DNA from: Candidatus Latescibacterota bacterium
Lineage (GTDB): Bacteria > Latescibacterota > UBA2968
Length of the DNA: 64,000 nt
Direction of reading: 5' to 3'
Assembly: GCA_965222605.1 (NCBI GenBank)
Contig: OZ244960.1
Span: 3,008,001 to 3,072,000 of the forward strand
The position numbers and the translations under genes were made by a program. A model generated the notes under the pieces. It ran no database searches. It saw only the letters and a program-made list of their open reading frames with translations, and was not told the DNA's origin. Each line of letters begins with the position of its first letter. Within the stretch, counting starts at the first letter, position 1. Below are positions 28,300 through 38,398 of the stretch, one piece after another.

Positions 28300-28663
28300 A
28301 ATCTCTGTTTATGTTATTAATAGAATAAAAATATGTACTATTATATACGACAATAATAATAACACTGTGAATTCTGTGGAAAATGAGCGAAAAAAAGAAC
28401 AACCCACGGGAAAATAGGGAGATAAAAAAATTTCTGCCAATTTGACATTGTGTATTTCTGTGTGCAAACAGTGTGGAAAACAGTGTGGTTTTCCACAATT
28501 GAGAATGTGGATTTGTTTTCCACATATATAATCCACAATTTATCCAGATTCTTTTCCACATACAAAAACTTGTGCACAGGGCTGTGCACAGACACTGTTT
28601 CTCTTTAAAAATCAATGAGTTCTTATTTTTTTGAACAATGGACGGCAAATTGAGTTATCCACA
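28300..28663. other. Chromosomal replication origin oriC
   Basis: AT-rich tract, TAA trios (28354-28362) next to tandem boxes TGTGAATTC/TGTGGAAAA (28366-28383), further boxes at 28472, 28489, 28506, 28516, 28529, 28540, 28552, 28570 and 28582, IHF-like AATCAATGAGTTC at 28610 and perfect TTATCCACA at 28655. Confidence 0.88.
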
Positions 28664-28792
28664 TTGGAGAAATCTACTGTTGATAGGTGTATCAGGTTGA
28701 CGGAGGGCTTTCTTTTTTTCAGGGGATATGTTTATATTGTTCTGTGGCGTCAGGTAGTCAATCTCAACAATTATTCGCAGGAGATGATCGAG

Positions 28793-29416
28793 GTGCTGAC
28801 TTATAATTCTCAAAAAGCGATGCGTGTATTGTGCAAGAAGGACCGCACACTCGGTCAATTAATCCAGCTGGCAGGACCAATAACCATTGAGTTCCCCAAA
28901 CGAATAAAGCCTTTTGATGCGCTTTTGCGGTCGATTATCTATCAACAACTTTCAGGGAAAGCTGCTGATACCATTCACAAACGGGTGCGTGACCTGTTTG
29001 CAGGGGGAAGCATCAACCCGGATCAAGTACTTGCCATAGATGATCAGATGCTTCGCAATGCAGGAATGTCCCGGGCAAAAGTGGCCGCAGTAAATGATCT
29101 CGCGCAAAAAACTATGGATGGGCTGATTCCCTCGGGGTCACGCCTTCGCGAAATGTCGGACGCCGACATTGTAGAAAACCTCACACAAGTGCGTGGCATT
29201 GGGGAGTGGACCGTTCAAATGCTTCTGATGTTTCAGCTCGGTAGGCCCGATGTACTCCCGACAAAAGATTTGGGGGTACGCAAGGGATTTATGCTTACTT
29301 ATGGGTTGGACCAGTTGCCGGCAGAAAAGGAAGTGATGGTCTATTGTGAGCGGTGGAGACCTTATCGGTCAGTGGGGAGCTGGTACATGTGGCGGGCAAT
29401 CGAGTTGTGGGGATAA
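28793..29416 (+). CDS. DNA-3-methyladenine glycosylase II (HhH-GPD, AlkA-like)
   Basis: Motifs SIIYQQLSGKAA, LTQVRGIGEWT, RPDVLPTKDLG and WRPYRS. GTG start chosen 9 nt after AGGAG. Confidence 0.9.
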   Translation: MLTYNSQKAMRVLCKKDRTLGQLIQLAGPITIEFPKRIKPFDALLRSIIYQQLSGKAADTIHKRVRDLFAGGSINPDQVLAIDDQMLRNAGMSRAKVAAVNDLAQKTMDGLIPSGSRLREMSDADIVENLTQVRGIGEWTVQMLLMFQLGRPDVLPTKDLGVRKGFMLTYGLDQLPAEKEVMVYCERWRPYRSVGSWYMWRAIELWG

Positions 29417-29443
29417 AATCTTTATTTATAAACGGAGCGGATT

Positions 29444-30802
29444 ATGCCAAACCTACTCGTTTTATTGAGCGATCAGTTGCGCCGGCAGGCTCTTGGAGTT
29501 CACGGCGATCCAGATGCGCGCACACCGCATCTGGACGCTTTTGCACAACAGGGTATTCGATTTGACAATGCGTGTTCCACGTATCCGATCTGCGTGCCTT
29601 TTCGGTTTACACTTATGACTGGCGAATATGCCCATGTTCGCAAAATACCGGGTATTGAATACATTATGTCCACGGAAGAACGCACGCTGGCCGATGAGTT
29701 TAATGAGGCGGGGTATGAGACCATTTATGTGGGCAAATGGCATCTCGATGGCGGGCATGGGCGGTTGGGATCTGCTGTGCAGGTCAATCGCACGCAGGTG
29801 CCGCGTTCTCGGCAGGGGCGGTGGCAAAAGTGGTACGGGTTTGAGCTGCGCAATGATCCCTTTGACACCTGTTATTTTGAAGATGACGATCCCATACCCA
29901 AAAAAATCGAAGGGTATCAGACCGATGGCTTGTTTCAAATTGGTATGGATTATATAAAAGACCGCGCAGATGACCGTCCTTTTTGTATGGTCATTTCTGT
30001 GGAACCGCCTCACGATCCCTTTGTAGCTCCCGAAGATGTGCAATCCGCCTGGGAAGGGAGAGATATTGTATTACCCGAAAACTTTGATGTCGCAGACCCC
30101 ATACAGCGCGAAACTTTTATTCTCAATCGCAAGCGCTACAATGCCATGGTGGAGAATCTGGATGCCAATGTCGGAAAGATGATGGCTTTTCTCAAAGCGG
30201 AAGGATTATTGGAGGATACAATCGTGGTCTTTTTATCTGATCACGGCGAATTGGCGGGGGCACACGGCCTGCGTGCCAAGCAGTGGCCTTACGAAGAATC
30301 TGTGGGGATTCCGCTCATGGTGTGGGATTCTCGTGTAAGAAAACGGGCGGGAACGGTGATCAAAGACCCGACATGCACCGAGGATTTATTTCCAACATTA
30401 CTTGGATTGGTGGGGTTAACCCCAAAAAACAAGGTGCAGGGGACGAACTTAACGCCCCTCATTCACGGGACTGTAGATGCGCTTGATCGCGAGGGTGTTT
30501 TGCTCGAATTTGTTGCGGAACTGCGAGAACGGCCACCATTTTTTGATGAAGTCTGGCGGGGATTTCGCACGCGGGATTACAAATATACCGTGAAGGGCAA
30601 TAACATGGGCGGCAGGCCCTGGCAATTTTTTGACCTGAAAAACGATCCCGGGGAAATGAATAATCTGGTGGATGACCCCAATTACCGCGACCTGGTTGCC
30701 CACCATCATCGCTTGCTGTGTGAACGCATGATTGAAACAGAAGATCACTTTGTCCTGCTCCCAGCGTTTGACAGTGAAGGTGTAAACGTCTGGGAAGAAT
30801 AA
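29444..30802 (+). CDS. Sulfatase (Cys-type)
   Basis: Motifs PNLLVLLSDQ, CVPFR, GKWHL, PPHDP and SDHGE. Confidence 0.92.
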   Translation: MPNLLVLLSDQLRRQALGVHGDPDARTPHLDAFAQQGIRFDNACSTYPICVPFRFTLMTGEYAHVRKIPGIEYIMSTEERTLADEFNEAGYETIYVGKWHLDGGHGRLGSAVQVNRTQVPRSRQGRWQKWYGFELRNDPFDTCYFEDDDPIPKKIEGYQTDGLFQIGMDYIKDRADDRPFCMVISVEPPHDPFVAPEDVQSAWEGRDIVLPENFDVADPIQRETFILNRKRYNAMVENLDANVGKMMAFLKAEGLLEDTIVVFLSDHGELAGAHGLRAKQWPYEESVGIPLMVWDSRVRKRAGTVIKDPTCTEDLFPTLLGLVGLTPKNKVQGTNLTPLIHGTVDALDREGVLLEFVAELRERPPFFDEVWRGFRTRDYKYTVKGNNMGGRPWQFFDLKNDPGEMNNLVDDPNYRDLVAHHHRLLCERMIETEDHFVLLPAFDSEGVNVWEE

Positions 30803-30804
30803 AT

Positions 30805-31893
30805 TCAGGGTTTCCAGATGGTCGCGCCGATATAGCGTTCGCCTTCTGGCGTATCGTTGTAATAATAGGCAGTTACAAGTGCCCCATCGGGTCTCAAAAC
30901 AGTGCGCGGATACCCGATATCCGGATTGCCTCCGTCGCCGCGCAGTACAATGTCCTCGCTCCAGATGGTGCCGGTAGGATCACCGATCCTGGCGCGGATA
31001 CCATAAGGTGTTGCGCGATAACCGTAAGTCAGAACAATCCGTCCGTCCCTCAGAAGCGTCAATGTCGGTGGATTGCCCCCCATCCCAGAAGCCGGTACAG
31101 GGCGACCGACATGTGTCCAGGTCAGTCCGTCATCTTCGGACAAGTACGCGTTGATCCAGTGTTTCGACGCGGTAAATTCCCCGTGCTCCGTGCAGCGCAC
31201 AGCAACGAGAATACGCCCATCACTTAGACGCACACTCGCGGGCATAATCTGAAAGCCCGCAGGTTCTTCACTCAGCCACGATAGAAATCCAAATTTGCGC
31301 CCGCCATCATAAGATCGCGCAGCAAATACGCGGCCTTCGCGTCCATTGCGCTTATTCGCCGTTAGAAATAGCGTGCATTGATCCGCGCTATCCACCAGAT
31401 AATCCGTTCGCGCAGCAATCCCGGTTTGTCCCCACATTGGGAGAGAGAAAGGCCCTTTCCACGACTGGCATCGGTCCTGCGAATAGTACCAGAAGGAACA
31501 GACCCCTGGACCCAGACCCGTCCTGGCACACATCAATGCGAAATCGGGATGGGAAAAATCCACATTGCCCGGGCAATCTATCGGCGCGTGTTCACCGTCG
31601 AGAACTTCACCTACGCGCAATCCCTCATTCATGTGTTCGTCGGCTGATAATCCGCGATTTCCCGGGGTTTTGCACGGCATGGGCATCACGTCCCAGGTCT
31701 CGCCGCCATCCATGCTCCGCGTCTGCATGTTTACAAATGGACGCTCTTTGTCTCGCGCGTGAAAACCGCCCTGGGGATCTGTATATCCCAGCGTAAATCC
31801 CAGTGCGATCTCGTCACCCCACGACCACACGCCGTAATTTGCGGGCCAACCTGCAAACCGCCCTGTTTCTCGGTACACTGTTACGTGTTTCAT
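30805..31893 (-). CDS. BNR/Asp-box sialidase-like beta-propeller protein
   Basis: Asp-boxes SMDGGETW, SQDRCQSW, SYDGGRKF and SEDDGLTW; C-terminal DIGYP. Confidence 0.85.
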   Translation of the reverse strand: MKHVTVYRETGRFAGWPANYGVWSWGDEIALGFTLGYTDPQGGFHARDKERPFVNMQTRSMDGGETWDVMPMPCKTPGNRGLSADEHMNEGLRVGEVLDGEHAPIDCPGNVDFSHPDFALMCARTGLGPGVCSFWYYSQDRCQSWKGPFSLPMWGQTGIAARTDYLVDSADQCTLFLTANKRNGREGRVFAARSYDGGRKFGFLSWLSEEPAGFQIMPASVRLSDGRILVAVRCTEHGEFTASKHWINAYLSEDDGLTWTHVGRPVPASGMGGNPPTLTLLRDGRIVLTYGYRATPYGIRARIGDPTGTIWSEDIVLRGDGGNPDIGYPRTVLRPDGALVTAYYYNDTPEGERYIGATIWKP

Positions 31894-32897
31894 AATTTAA
31901 CCGTACCATTTTCCAGCATACTCAACAGTGCCGAATCATCTACATCCAAGGGCAATATAACCTTGCCCCGGCGGCGACTCGACTCATAAGTAGCAAAAAT
32001 CAATTCTGTTGCTTGCAGTGCTTTGCGCCCTGAAAGCTCGGGTTCGCGTCCGTTTTTTATGGCATCGACCAGGTCCAGCACGGACGCTGTTGTCGCATCG
32101 CGCTGACTCACAGTGCCGCTGAGATCTACATCTATTTGCTGGGTACCCGATACAACGCGGAGCGGGGGAGCATTGCGTCCTCCTATTTCAATGACCCCGT
32201 CGCTCCCGACCAACCGATTCTGACTACCCTGCAGCCCGGTTCCACCCGTTGCCAACAATCCCTCGCGGCCATTTCGATATCGGATCCAGGAAATTCCGCT
32301 GCCTTCCACGGGCGTTCCAAAAACCTCGCGTCCGCCTTCGGCGTCAATTTGTCCGATCACCCACTCGGCGGGTTCATCGTCATTGTAAAAGAAAAACATA
32401 TCAAACCAGTGGGTGCCCCAATCGAACATGTTTGGACAATTGCCCTCAAAACGCCGCAGTTCGCCAATTGCGCCAGATTTTGCTATCTCCTTTGCCTTCA
32501 CAAACTGCCCAGCAAACCGTCTCTGATGGCAAAATGTAATGACCACGTCGTTATCTACGCATGCCTGATAGAGCGACTTTGCTTCTCCCCAGGTCGGTGC
32601 CATGGGCTTCTCGGCGTGAATCGCCTGAATCCCACTGCCCGCCGCATCCACAATCATATCGTGATGCAGTCCTGTCCAGGTACACACACTTACAAAATCC
32701 AGGTCTTCTTTTTCCAGCATGTCGCGGTAGTCTTCATAGCCGTTTTCAACACCAAATTCTTCCATATACGCCAAACGCGGCGCCTCAAATGGATCGGCAC
32801 ACGCTACGAGAGCCACGTCGTCTGACGCGGTCCATCCGCGTGCATGCCCTTTACCTCGGCCTCCACAACCAATGACACCAGCTTTAAAATTCGCCAT
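31890..32897 (-). CDS. Gfo/Idh/MocA family oxidoreductase
   Basis: Motifs GVIGCGGRG, AEKPMA and DWGTHWFD. Confidence 0.92.
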   Translation of the reverse strand: MANFKAGVIGCGGRGKGHARGWTASDDVALVACADPFEAPRLAYMEEFGVENGYEDYRDMLEKEDLDFVSVCTWTGLHHDMIVDAAGSGIQAIHAEKPMAPTWGEAKSLYQACVDNDVVITFCHQRRFAGQFVKAKEIAKSGAIGELRRFEGNCPNMFDWGTHWFDMFFFYNDDEPAEWVIGQIDAEGGREVFGTPVEGSGISWIRYRNGREGLLATGGTGLQGSQNRLVGSDGVIEIGGRNAPPLRVVSGTQQIDVDLSGTVSQRDATTASVLDLVDAIKNGREPELSGRKALQATELIFATYESSRRRGKVILPLDVDDSALLSMLENGTVKL

Positions 32898-32931
32898 TTT
32901 TTCTCCTGATAGACGTTAAAAAGAACCCTGC

Positions 32932-33903
32932 CTACGTTGTGTAAATCGACGTTGCATCCACCACATATCCCTTTTGATTATCCACCACATTCAACAGGGG
33001 TTCTCCGGCGCAGAATCGACGCACATTTTCTACAATCAATGCCTTTCTGCGCTTGTCAATTTCGGGCGAAATACCCGCAACATGCGGCGTCAAGATCACA
33101 TTTTCCATGGACCATAATGCATGACCTTGCGGCAGCGGCTCCTCTTCATAGACATCGAGACCTGCACCACCGATCTGCCCGGATTGCAATGCGTTGGTCA
33201 GTGCGTGCAATTGGACCACTTTGCCGCGACCGATGTTGATTAAAATTCCCGTATTTTTCATCGCCCGAAACATATCCGCATCGAATAACGCTTCGGTCTC
33301 GGCTGTGTGCGGCACGCAAATTACCACAAAATCGGACTCCGCGACCATATCCGAAAGTTCATCGGGGGAATAAATACGCGCGATAAAATCGGGCTTTCCC
33401 TTTGGCGCTGGATCCAACCCCAGCACCCGCATGCCAAATACCGGGCCTCGCTCGGCAACGGACAAACCGATGCCTCCCAAACCGACCACGCCCAATGTCG
33501 TTCCCGCAAGATGGATGACCGGTGCGCCTTTTTCCCATTTGCCCTGGGACTGATTGCGAATATAGTGATGCAATCCGCGGGCAAAAGCCATTACCATTGA
33601 AAATACATGATCGGCAATGACGTCGCTGTATATCCCGCGGATATTCGTCACCGTCAAATCGCTTTTCCGCAGCTCTGGAAAGTAATATCCATCCAGCCCG
33701 GCACTCGTCGCCTGCACCCACCGCAGTTTTTTTCCTGCCTTCAAAATCTGCGCCGTCATACCTCCAAAATACGCATCTGCATCACCAATTGCAGACAGTA
33801 TGTCCTTTTCGGACTTCACGACCACTGTTTCCACACCCAGGTCGCGGATTTGCTGCATGTATTCATCTTCTAACGCCCGCTGCAAAACCATTTTTATCGC
33901 CAT
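32932..33903 (-). CDS. D-2-hydroxyacid dehydrogenase family protein
   Basis: Motifs GVVGLGGIG, INIGRG, LDVYEEEP and TPHVAG. Start at MAIKMV after GGAGG. Confidence 0.92.
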   Translation of the reverse strand: MAIKMVLQRALEDEYMQQIRDLGVETVVVKSEKDILSAIGDADAYFGGMTAQILKAGKKLRWVQATSAGLDGYYFPELRKSDLTVTNIRGIYSDVIADHVFSMVMAFARGLHHYIRNQSQGKWEKGAPVIHLAGTTLGVVGLGGIGLSVAERGPVFGMRVLGLDPAPKGKPDFIARIYSPDELSDMVAESDFVVICVPHTAETEALFDADMFRAMKNTGILINIGRGKVVQLHALTNALQSGQIGGAGLDVYEEEPLPQGHALWSMENVILTPHVAGISPEIDKRRKALIVENVRRFCAGEPLLNVVDNQKGYVVDATSIYTT

Positions 33904-33919
33904 TTCACAACCTCCAGTA

Positions 33920-35197
33920 TTATGCTTGCCAGGGCACACTGCCATTTTGCTGCATTTCCGTCTGCAACAACTGACCCATCTCTCGAAATGCATCTTTCCG
34001 CGTTTTTGCCTGATCTGATGTCTCTTGAGGATCGCCGCCCAGGTCATAAAGTTCAAGGGGTTCAAAAGGATTGTTGTGCAGCAATTTGATATTGCCGCGT
34101 CGAACCGCGTGCTGATTCAGTCCGAGAAATGGGTGGCCCCCTTCTTTTCGCACCCAGTACATCGCGCGATCAGAGAAATTCTGCTTTTCGCCTCTCAGCG
34201 TTGGCAAAATAGACAGTCCCTCGATCTGGTGGTTGACCGATACACCTGCTGTCTCGCAGGCTGTGGGGAAGAGGTCCATCAGCATCGCAACATTGTCACA
34301 CACATAGCCTTTTTCGATTCCATCTGCCCACATTGCACAGGCGGGTACCCGAATCCCGCCTTCATACATCTGTCCTTTTCCGCCTTTTAACGCACCGTTA
34401 GTCGCGCCCACGTTTAACTGTCCGCCATTGTCCGATGTGTAAATCACAAGTGTATTGGAAAGTTGTCCGGTTTTCTCGAGCGTGTCCAGGACCCGACCAA
34501 TGCCCGCATCCATGTGCTCGACCAGCGCGATGTATTTCACCCGTTCGGGCGAGGCATCCGGCTCGCGCTGGCGCACCCGTTCGATCCAATCCTCTGGCGG
34601 TTGAATGGGCGTGTGCGGCGCATTATAAGCCAGATACAGGAAAAACGGCTGTGACGAATGCGCGTGTTCTCGAATCACCTCTATCGCCCATTCTGTAAAT
34701 AAATCCGTCGCGTGTCCACGCGGATCAATCACTTCGAGGCCTTTCCGCATGTAATTCTGGTCGTGCCGCAAATGCGTGTAATAATCGTCCATCATGTCGC
34801 CTAAAAAACCGTGGAAATGATCAAATCCGCGCTTACACGGATGGTTCTCAGGCTCGAGACCGAGGTGCCATTTTCCAATAATTGACGTGTGATAGTCTTT
34901 TTGTTTGAGCATTGATGGCAGTGTTACGGCATCACGACTGAAATATCCCCAGCTTCTCTCGGGATGCGTGCGAATCACACCCGGGACGCCAACCCGGTCT
35001 GGATACCGCCCCGTCATCAATGCTGCGCGACTGGGGGAGCACACGGATGAATTTGCGTAGAACTGTGTCAAGCGCATGCCGTTTTCAGCAATGCGATCGA
35101 TATTTGGCGTTTGAATATGCGGACCATGATGCGCTGAGATATCGCCATAACCGTGGTCATCGCCCAGGATTATCAAAATATTTGGCAACTGTGCCAT
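33920..35197 (-). CDS. Arylsulfatase (Cys-type)
   Basis: Motifs DDHGYGD, CSPSRAALMTG, GKWHLG, APHTP and SDNG. Confidence 0.93.
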   Translation of the reverse strand: MAQLPNILIILGDDHGYGDISAHHGPHIQTPNIDRIAENGMRLTQFYANSSVCSPSRAALMTGRYPDRVGVPGVIRTHPERSWGYFSRDAVTLPSMLKQKDYHTSIIGKWHLGLEPENHPCKRGFDHFHGFLGDMMDDYYTHLRHDQNYMRKGLEVIDPRGHATDLFTEWAIEVIREHAHSSQPFFLYLAYNAPHTPIQPPEDWIERVRQREPDASPERVKYIALVEHMDAGIGRVLDTLEKTGQLSNTLVIYTSDNGGQLNVGATNGALKGGKGQMYEGGIRVPACAMWADGIEKGYVCDNVAMLMDLFPTACETAGVSVNHQIEGLSILPTLRGEKQNFSDRAMYWVRKEGGHPFLGLNQHAVRRGNIKLLHNNPFEPLELYDLGGDPQETSDQAKTRKDAFREMGQLLQTEMQQNGSVPWQA

Positions 35198-35216
35198 CAA
35201 TCACCTCCTTTAATAA

Positions 35217-35546
35217 TTACATGTGCCGCAGCATTCGCCGCACCAGTTCGCGTTTTTCCGCGGGGTCTTTTGCCCAGCAAATTTCCTCAAAACGATCTTC
35301 AAATATTCCGGAATTTTCGATCTTTCGATCCCGACTCAATTTTTGTAATTGCTCAAATTCACGAACATCAAGCCTGTGGGACATGCGGTTTAATGCAAAT
35401 CTGAACCGTTTCGGATTTCGAAAAAAATAAGTGCCCAATTCCCGGAGCATGTCGCCGTATTTCAAGCCTTGCTCCGCAACAGTTTCCGCCAGTTTATCAT
35501 TTTGCATGACTAAAATCCTTTTCTTACTCGTCTGCGCGTTTTCCAT
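35217..35546 (-). CDS. Hypothetical protein (109 aa)
   Basis: In operon orientation and protein-like in composition; no recognised motif. Confidence 0.55.
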   Translation of the reverse strand: MENAQTSKKRILVMQNDKLAETVAEQGLKYGDMLRELGTYFFRNPKRFRFALNRMSHRLDVREFEQLQKLSRDRKIENSGIFEDRFEEICWAKDPAEKRELVRRMLRHM

Positions 35547-35829
35547 TGGCCTCTGCTTCTTTCATCATATCGGGTAGAATGGGTATGCCTTCGTGTCGCA
35601 AACGATAAAAGTCCTCGCCGCCGCTGAGATGCGGATATCGCCCGGTCATCAATGCCGAGCGGCTCGGTTGGCATACTGCAATCGTCACATGACCGTGGTT
35701 AAACCGCAATCCTCCCGCGGCCAATCGGTCAATATTTGGCGTTGTCCCCGCTGTTGGACACCCAAAAGCCCCCACCGCATCCCAGTTCATGTCATCTGCT
35801 GTTATCAGCATAAAATTTGGTCTGTTCAT
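35524..35829 (-). pseudogene. Truncated sulfatase (N-terminal portion only)
   Basis: MNRPNFMLITADD...TPNIDRLA...CQPSRSALMTGRYP, ending after about 100 codons. Confidence 0.8.
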
Positions 35830-35843
35830 ATTGTTCCTTTTCA

Positions 35844-36302
35844 CTACTCTTCCCCATCGTAATATTCCGTCTCGGTCAGGCGCCCCAATTTGCCCGGTGG
35901 ACGAATTGCCCATTTATTCGAATCGGGATAATAGACCGGGTCACTTACGGGATTGTCGGCAATGACATAATAAATCAAATCTTCTGTCGCACTTGTATTG
36001 TGAATCTGATGCGCGGTGCCGGGCGGTTGAACAAATGCATCGCCTGCTCCGACTTCAAATTTGTGATTGTTGCGGCGCACAGTGCCGTGACCCCGGAGCA
36101 CGAGATAAAATTCCCATTGTACCTGGTGCGCGTGGCACGGAAAATTTATCTTGCCCGGCGGCAATCGCACCCATTCAACCTCAAATGGTTGTCCTGTGGT
36201 TTCTAATGCGGCGGAAATATCCTTCCAATGCAAACCGTATTTGCCCGTGCGCGATTGCCGTGATTTCTCCTCAATTTTCGATTCATTGATTTTTTCTATC
36301 AC
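35844..36302 (-). CDS. Cupin domain protein
   Basis: Motifs PCHAH...EFYLVLRG...PPGTAHQ and YYPDSNK. Confidence 0.88.
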   Translation of the reverse strand: MIEKINESKIEEKSRQSRTGKYGLHWKDISAALETTGQPFEVEWVRLPPGKINFPCHAHQVQWEFYLVLRGHGTVRRNNHKFEVGAGDAFVQPPGTAHQIHNTSATEDLIYYVIADNPVSDPVYYPDSNKWAIRPPGKLGRLTETEYYDGEE

Positions 36303-36326
36303 TGTGATCTTCTCCCCTATAAGCGT

Positions 36327-37106
36327 TTACTGTGCGTTCCATCCGCCATCCAAATATAGCGATGCTCCCGTCATAAAGCTCGACGCATCGCTCGCCAAAA
36401 ACAACGCTGCGCCACGAATTTCATGCAACTCGGCCCAGCGATTTAATGCCGTCAATTCCAATAATGACTTCACTTTCTCTGGCGTCTTTAGAAGCGGCAC
36501 ATTGATCTCTGTCAAAAATGGTCCCGGACACAGTGCATTGCATCGCACATTGGACTCGGCCCATTCCAGAGCCATTGTTTTTGTCATTCCGATTAATCCC
36601 GCCTTTGACGAACAATAAGCCGAACGCTCTTTTAACCCCACGCCACTTAATGCCGACGCAATATTCACCACTGAACCCGATCCTTGCGGTTTCATAATTC
36701 GGGCAGCCGCTCGGCAACACAACCATACGCCAGTCAAATTGATATCAATCACTTGCTTAAATTCATCGAGTGGAAAATCCTCCACAAGATGCCGAATATT
36801 AATCCCTGCGCTGTTGATCAACACATCCAGCTTACCGTATTTCTCGATCACTGTATCAAATACCCGATCCACGTCTTTTTCTTGTGTCACATCTCCAGCG
36901 ACACCAAGACTTTCTTGTTCTGTTTCTTCTGCGATCTCTCCCGCCAACCGGTCACAATCTACCTGCGTTCGCGAACAAATAACGGTTTTTGCACCGGCCT
37001 GCGCCAATCCCATCGCCATTGATGCGCCCAATCCTTTAGACCCTCCTGTGATCAACGCGACCTTCCCATCCAACCGAAACAAATCCATTACATGTATTTC
37101 TGACAT
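36327..37106 (-). CDS. SDR oxidoreductase (gluconate 5-dehydrogenase-like)
   Basis: Motifs TGGSKGLG, NSAG, YCSSK and DGGW. Confidence 0.92.
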   Translation of the reverse strand: MSEIHVMDLFRLDGKVALITGGSKGLGASMAMGLAQAGAKTVICSRTQVDCDRLAGEIAEETEQESLGVAGDVTQEKDVDRVFDTVIEKYGKLDVLINSAGINIRHLVEDFPLDEFKQVIDINLTGVWLCCRAAARIMKPQGSGSVVNIASALSGVGLKERSAYCSSKAGLIGMTKTMALEWAESNVRCNALCPGPFLTEINVPLLKTPEKVKSLLELTALNRWAELHEIRGAALFLASDASSFMTGASLYLDGGWNAQ

Positions 37107-37133
37107 ATTGTTCTCCAGTGGTTATCGGTCAGC

Positions 37134-37205
37134 GGGCGACCACAGAGGGTCGCCCCTACAAACCGGATAACATATCATCGTAGGGGACGGTCCCTGTGCC
37201 GTCCC
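37134..37205. repeat. Pair of GTAG-type REP palindromes
   Basis: Minus: GTAGGGGCGACCCTCTGTGGTCGCCC (37134-37159). Plus: GTAGGGGACGGTCCCTGTGCCGTCCC (37180-37205). Confidence 0.8.
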
Positions 37206-37217
37206 GTCAGCAGTCAC

Positions 37218-38321
37218 CTATGGTCTCAATGTCACCTTTACGGACTGTGTTCCATCTGCTACGAGTTCGATACCCTTGTGAAAATCCTCAAGGGGCAATT
37301 GATGGGTTACGATCTGGTCCATTGGGAGAAGCCCCTGTTCCAACATTCGAATGGCAATGGGATAACAATGCGGACTCAAATGCGCGCCGTGAATATTGAG
37401 TTCTTTTGTATCTCCAATAATCGTCCAGTCCGTTGTCACGGGTTCGCGCATCACACTGAACTCGACAAATGTGCCGAGTTTGCAAATCATAAGCAGTCCC
37501 TGTTCCACTGCCGCGGGATGCCCGGTTGCCTCAATATACACATCGCAGCCATAACCTTCTGTCAACTTATGGACTTCGTCAATCACATCCACCGAATTTG
37601 GATTCAAACCCAAATTCGCCCCACACGCTCTGGCTATTTCCAACCGTCTATCATCCAGGTCTAAGGCAATTAGCAAAGCGGGATTTTTCATTCGCGCAGC
37701 AGCGACCATACCCAGACCGAGCGGTCCCGCACCGGCAATTACGACCGTGTCATTTAACTGAATATTGCCGCGTTCGACCGCGTGAATTGCACAGGCGAGG
37801 GGTTCTACATACGCCGCATGTGCGGCGGGGATGGATTTTGGTACGCGATAATTCAAGGCTTTGGTAGGCAACTTGCAGTATTCAGCCATTGCCCCAAATG
37901 TCGCCTGGCGAAAGCCATAAATGTCGTGTACCATGCACATCCAGTATTGCCCACGCAAGCAATAACGACACGCGCCACAGGGCACAATCTGCTCCGATAC
38001 GGCGAGGTCGCCAATCGCCAACCCGTATTTGTCACCTGCGCCGTCACCGAGGGCAACGACCTCTCCGACAAACTCGTGTCCGGGAATAATCGGCGCCTGG
38101 CAATAGCCCTCGCGATGGGAATCGCCCCAAAACATGGGTGCTCCCAGATAACACTTCAAATCGCTTGCACATATACCGACCGATTGCACGCGAATTAGAA
38201 CCTCACCTGCATCTACCTGCGGCACTGCGTATTCTTCCAGGCGATAATCTTCGGGCGCGCGACACATTACCGCGGGCATCGTTTTTGGCAAATCACCCAT
38301 ATCGAATCCTTTTCTTGACAA
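37218..38321 (-). CDS. Zn-dependent polyol dehydrogenase (erythritol/L-threitol dehydrogenase-like)
   Basis: Motifs GICASD, GHEFVG, CxxCxxCx7C and GAGPLG. Substrate is inferred from family resemblance. Confidence 0.85.
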   Translation of the reverse strand: MSRKGFDMGDLPKTMPAVMCRAPEDYRLEEYAVPQVDAGEVLIRVQSVGICASDLKCYLGAPMFWGDSHREGYCQAPIIPGHEFVGEVVALGDGAGDKYGLAIGDLAVSEQIVPCGACRYCLRGQYWMCMVHDIYGFRQATFGAMAEYCKLPTKALNYRVPKSIPAAHAAYVEPLACAIHAVERGNIQLNDTVVIAGAGPLGLGMVAAARMKNPALLIALDLDDRRLEIARACGANLGLNPNSVDVIDEVHKLTEGYGCDVYIEATGHPAAVEQGLLMICKLGTFVEFSVMREPVTTDWTIIGDTKELNIHGAHLSPHCYPIAIRMLEQGLLPMDQIVTHQLPLEDFHKGIELVADGTQSVKVTLRP

Positions 38322-38398
38322 TTAAAAGCCCTTACGATACACTTCTACATTATAATACAAAGCACGAAAATTTTCATCTCTAACCTTATGAGGCAAAA

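Noticed and set aside
28193-28648. Short ORFs over the dnaA downstream region
   Set aside because: They are translations of DnaA-box arrays and AT-rich origin DNA.
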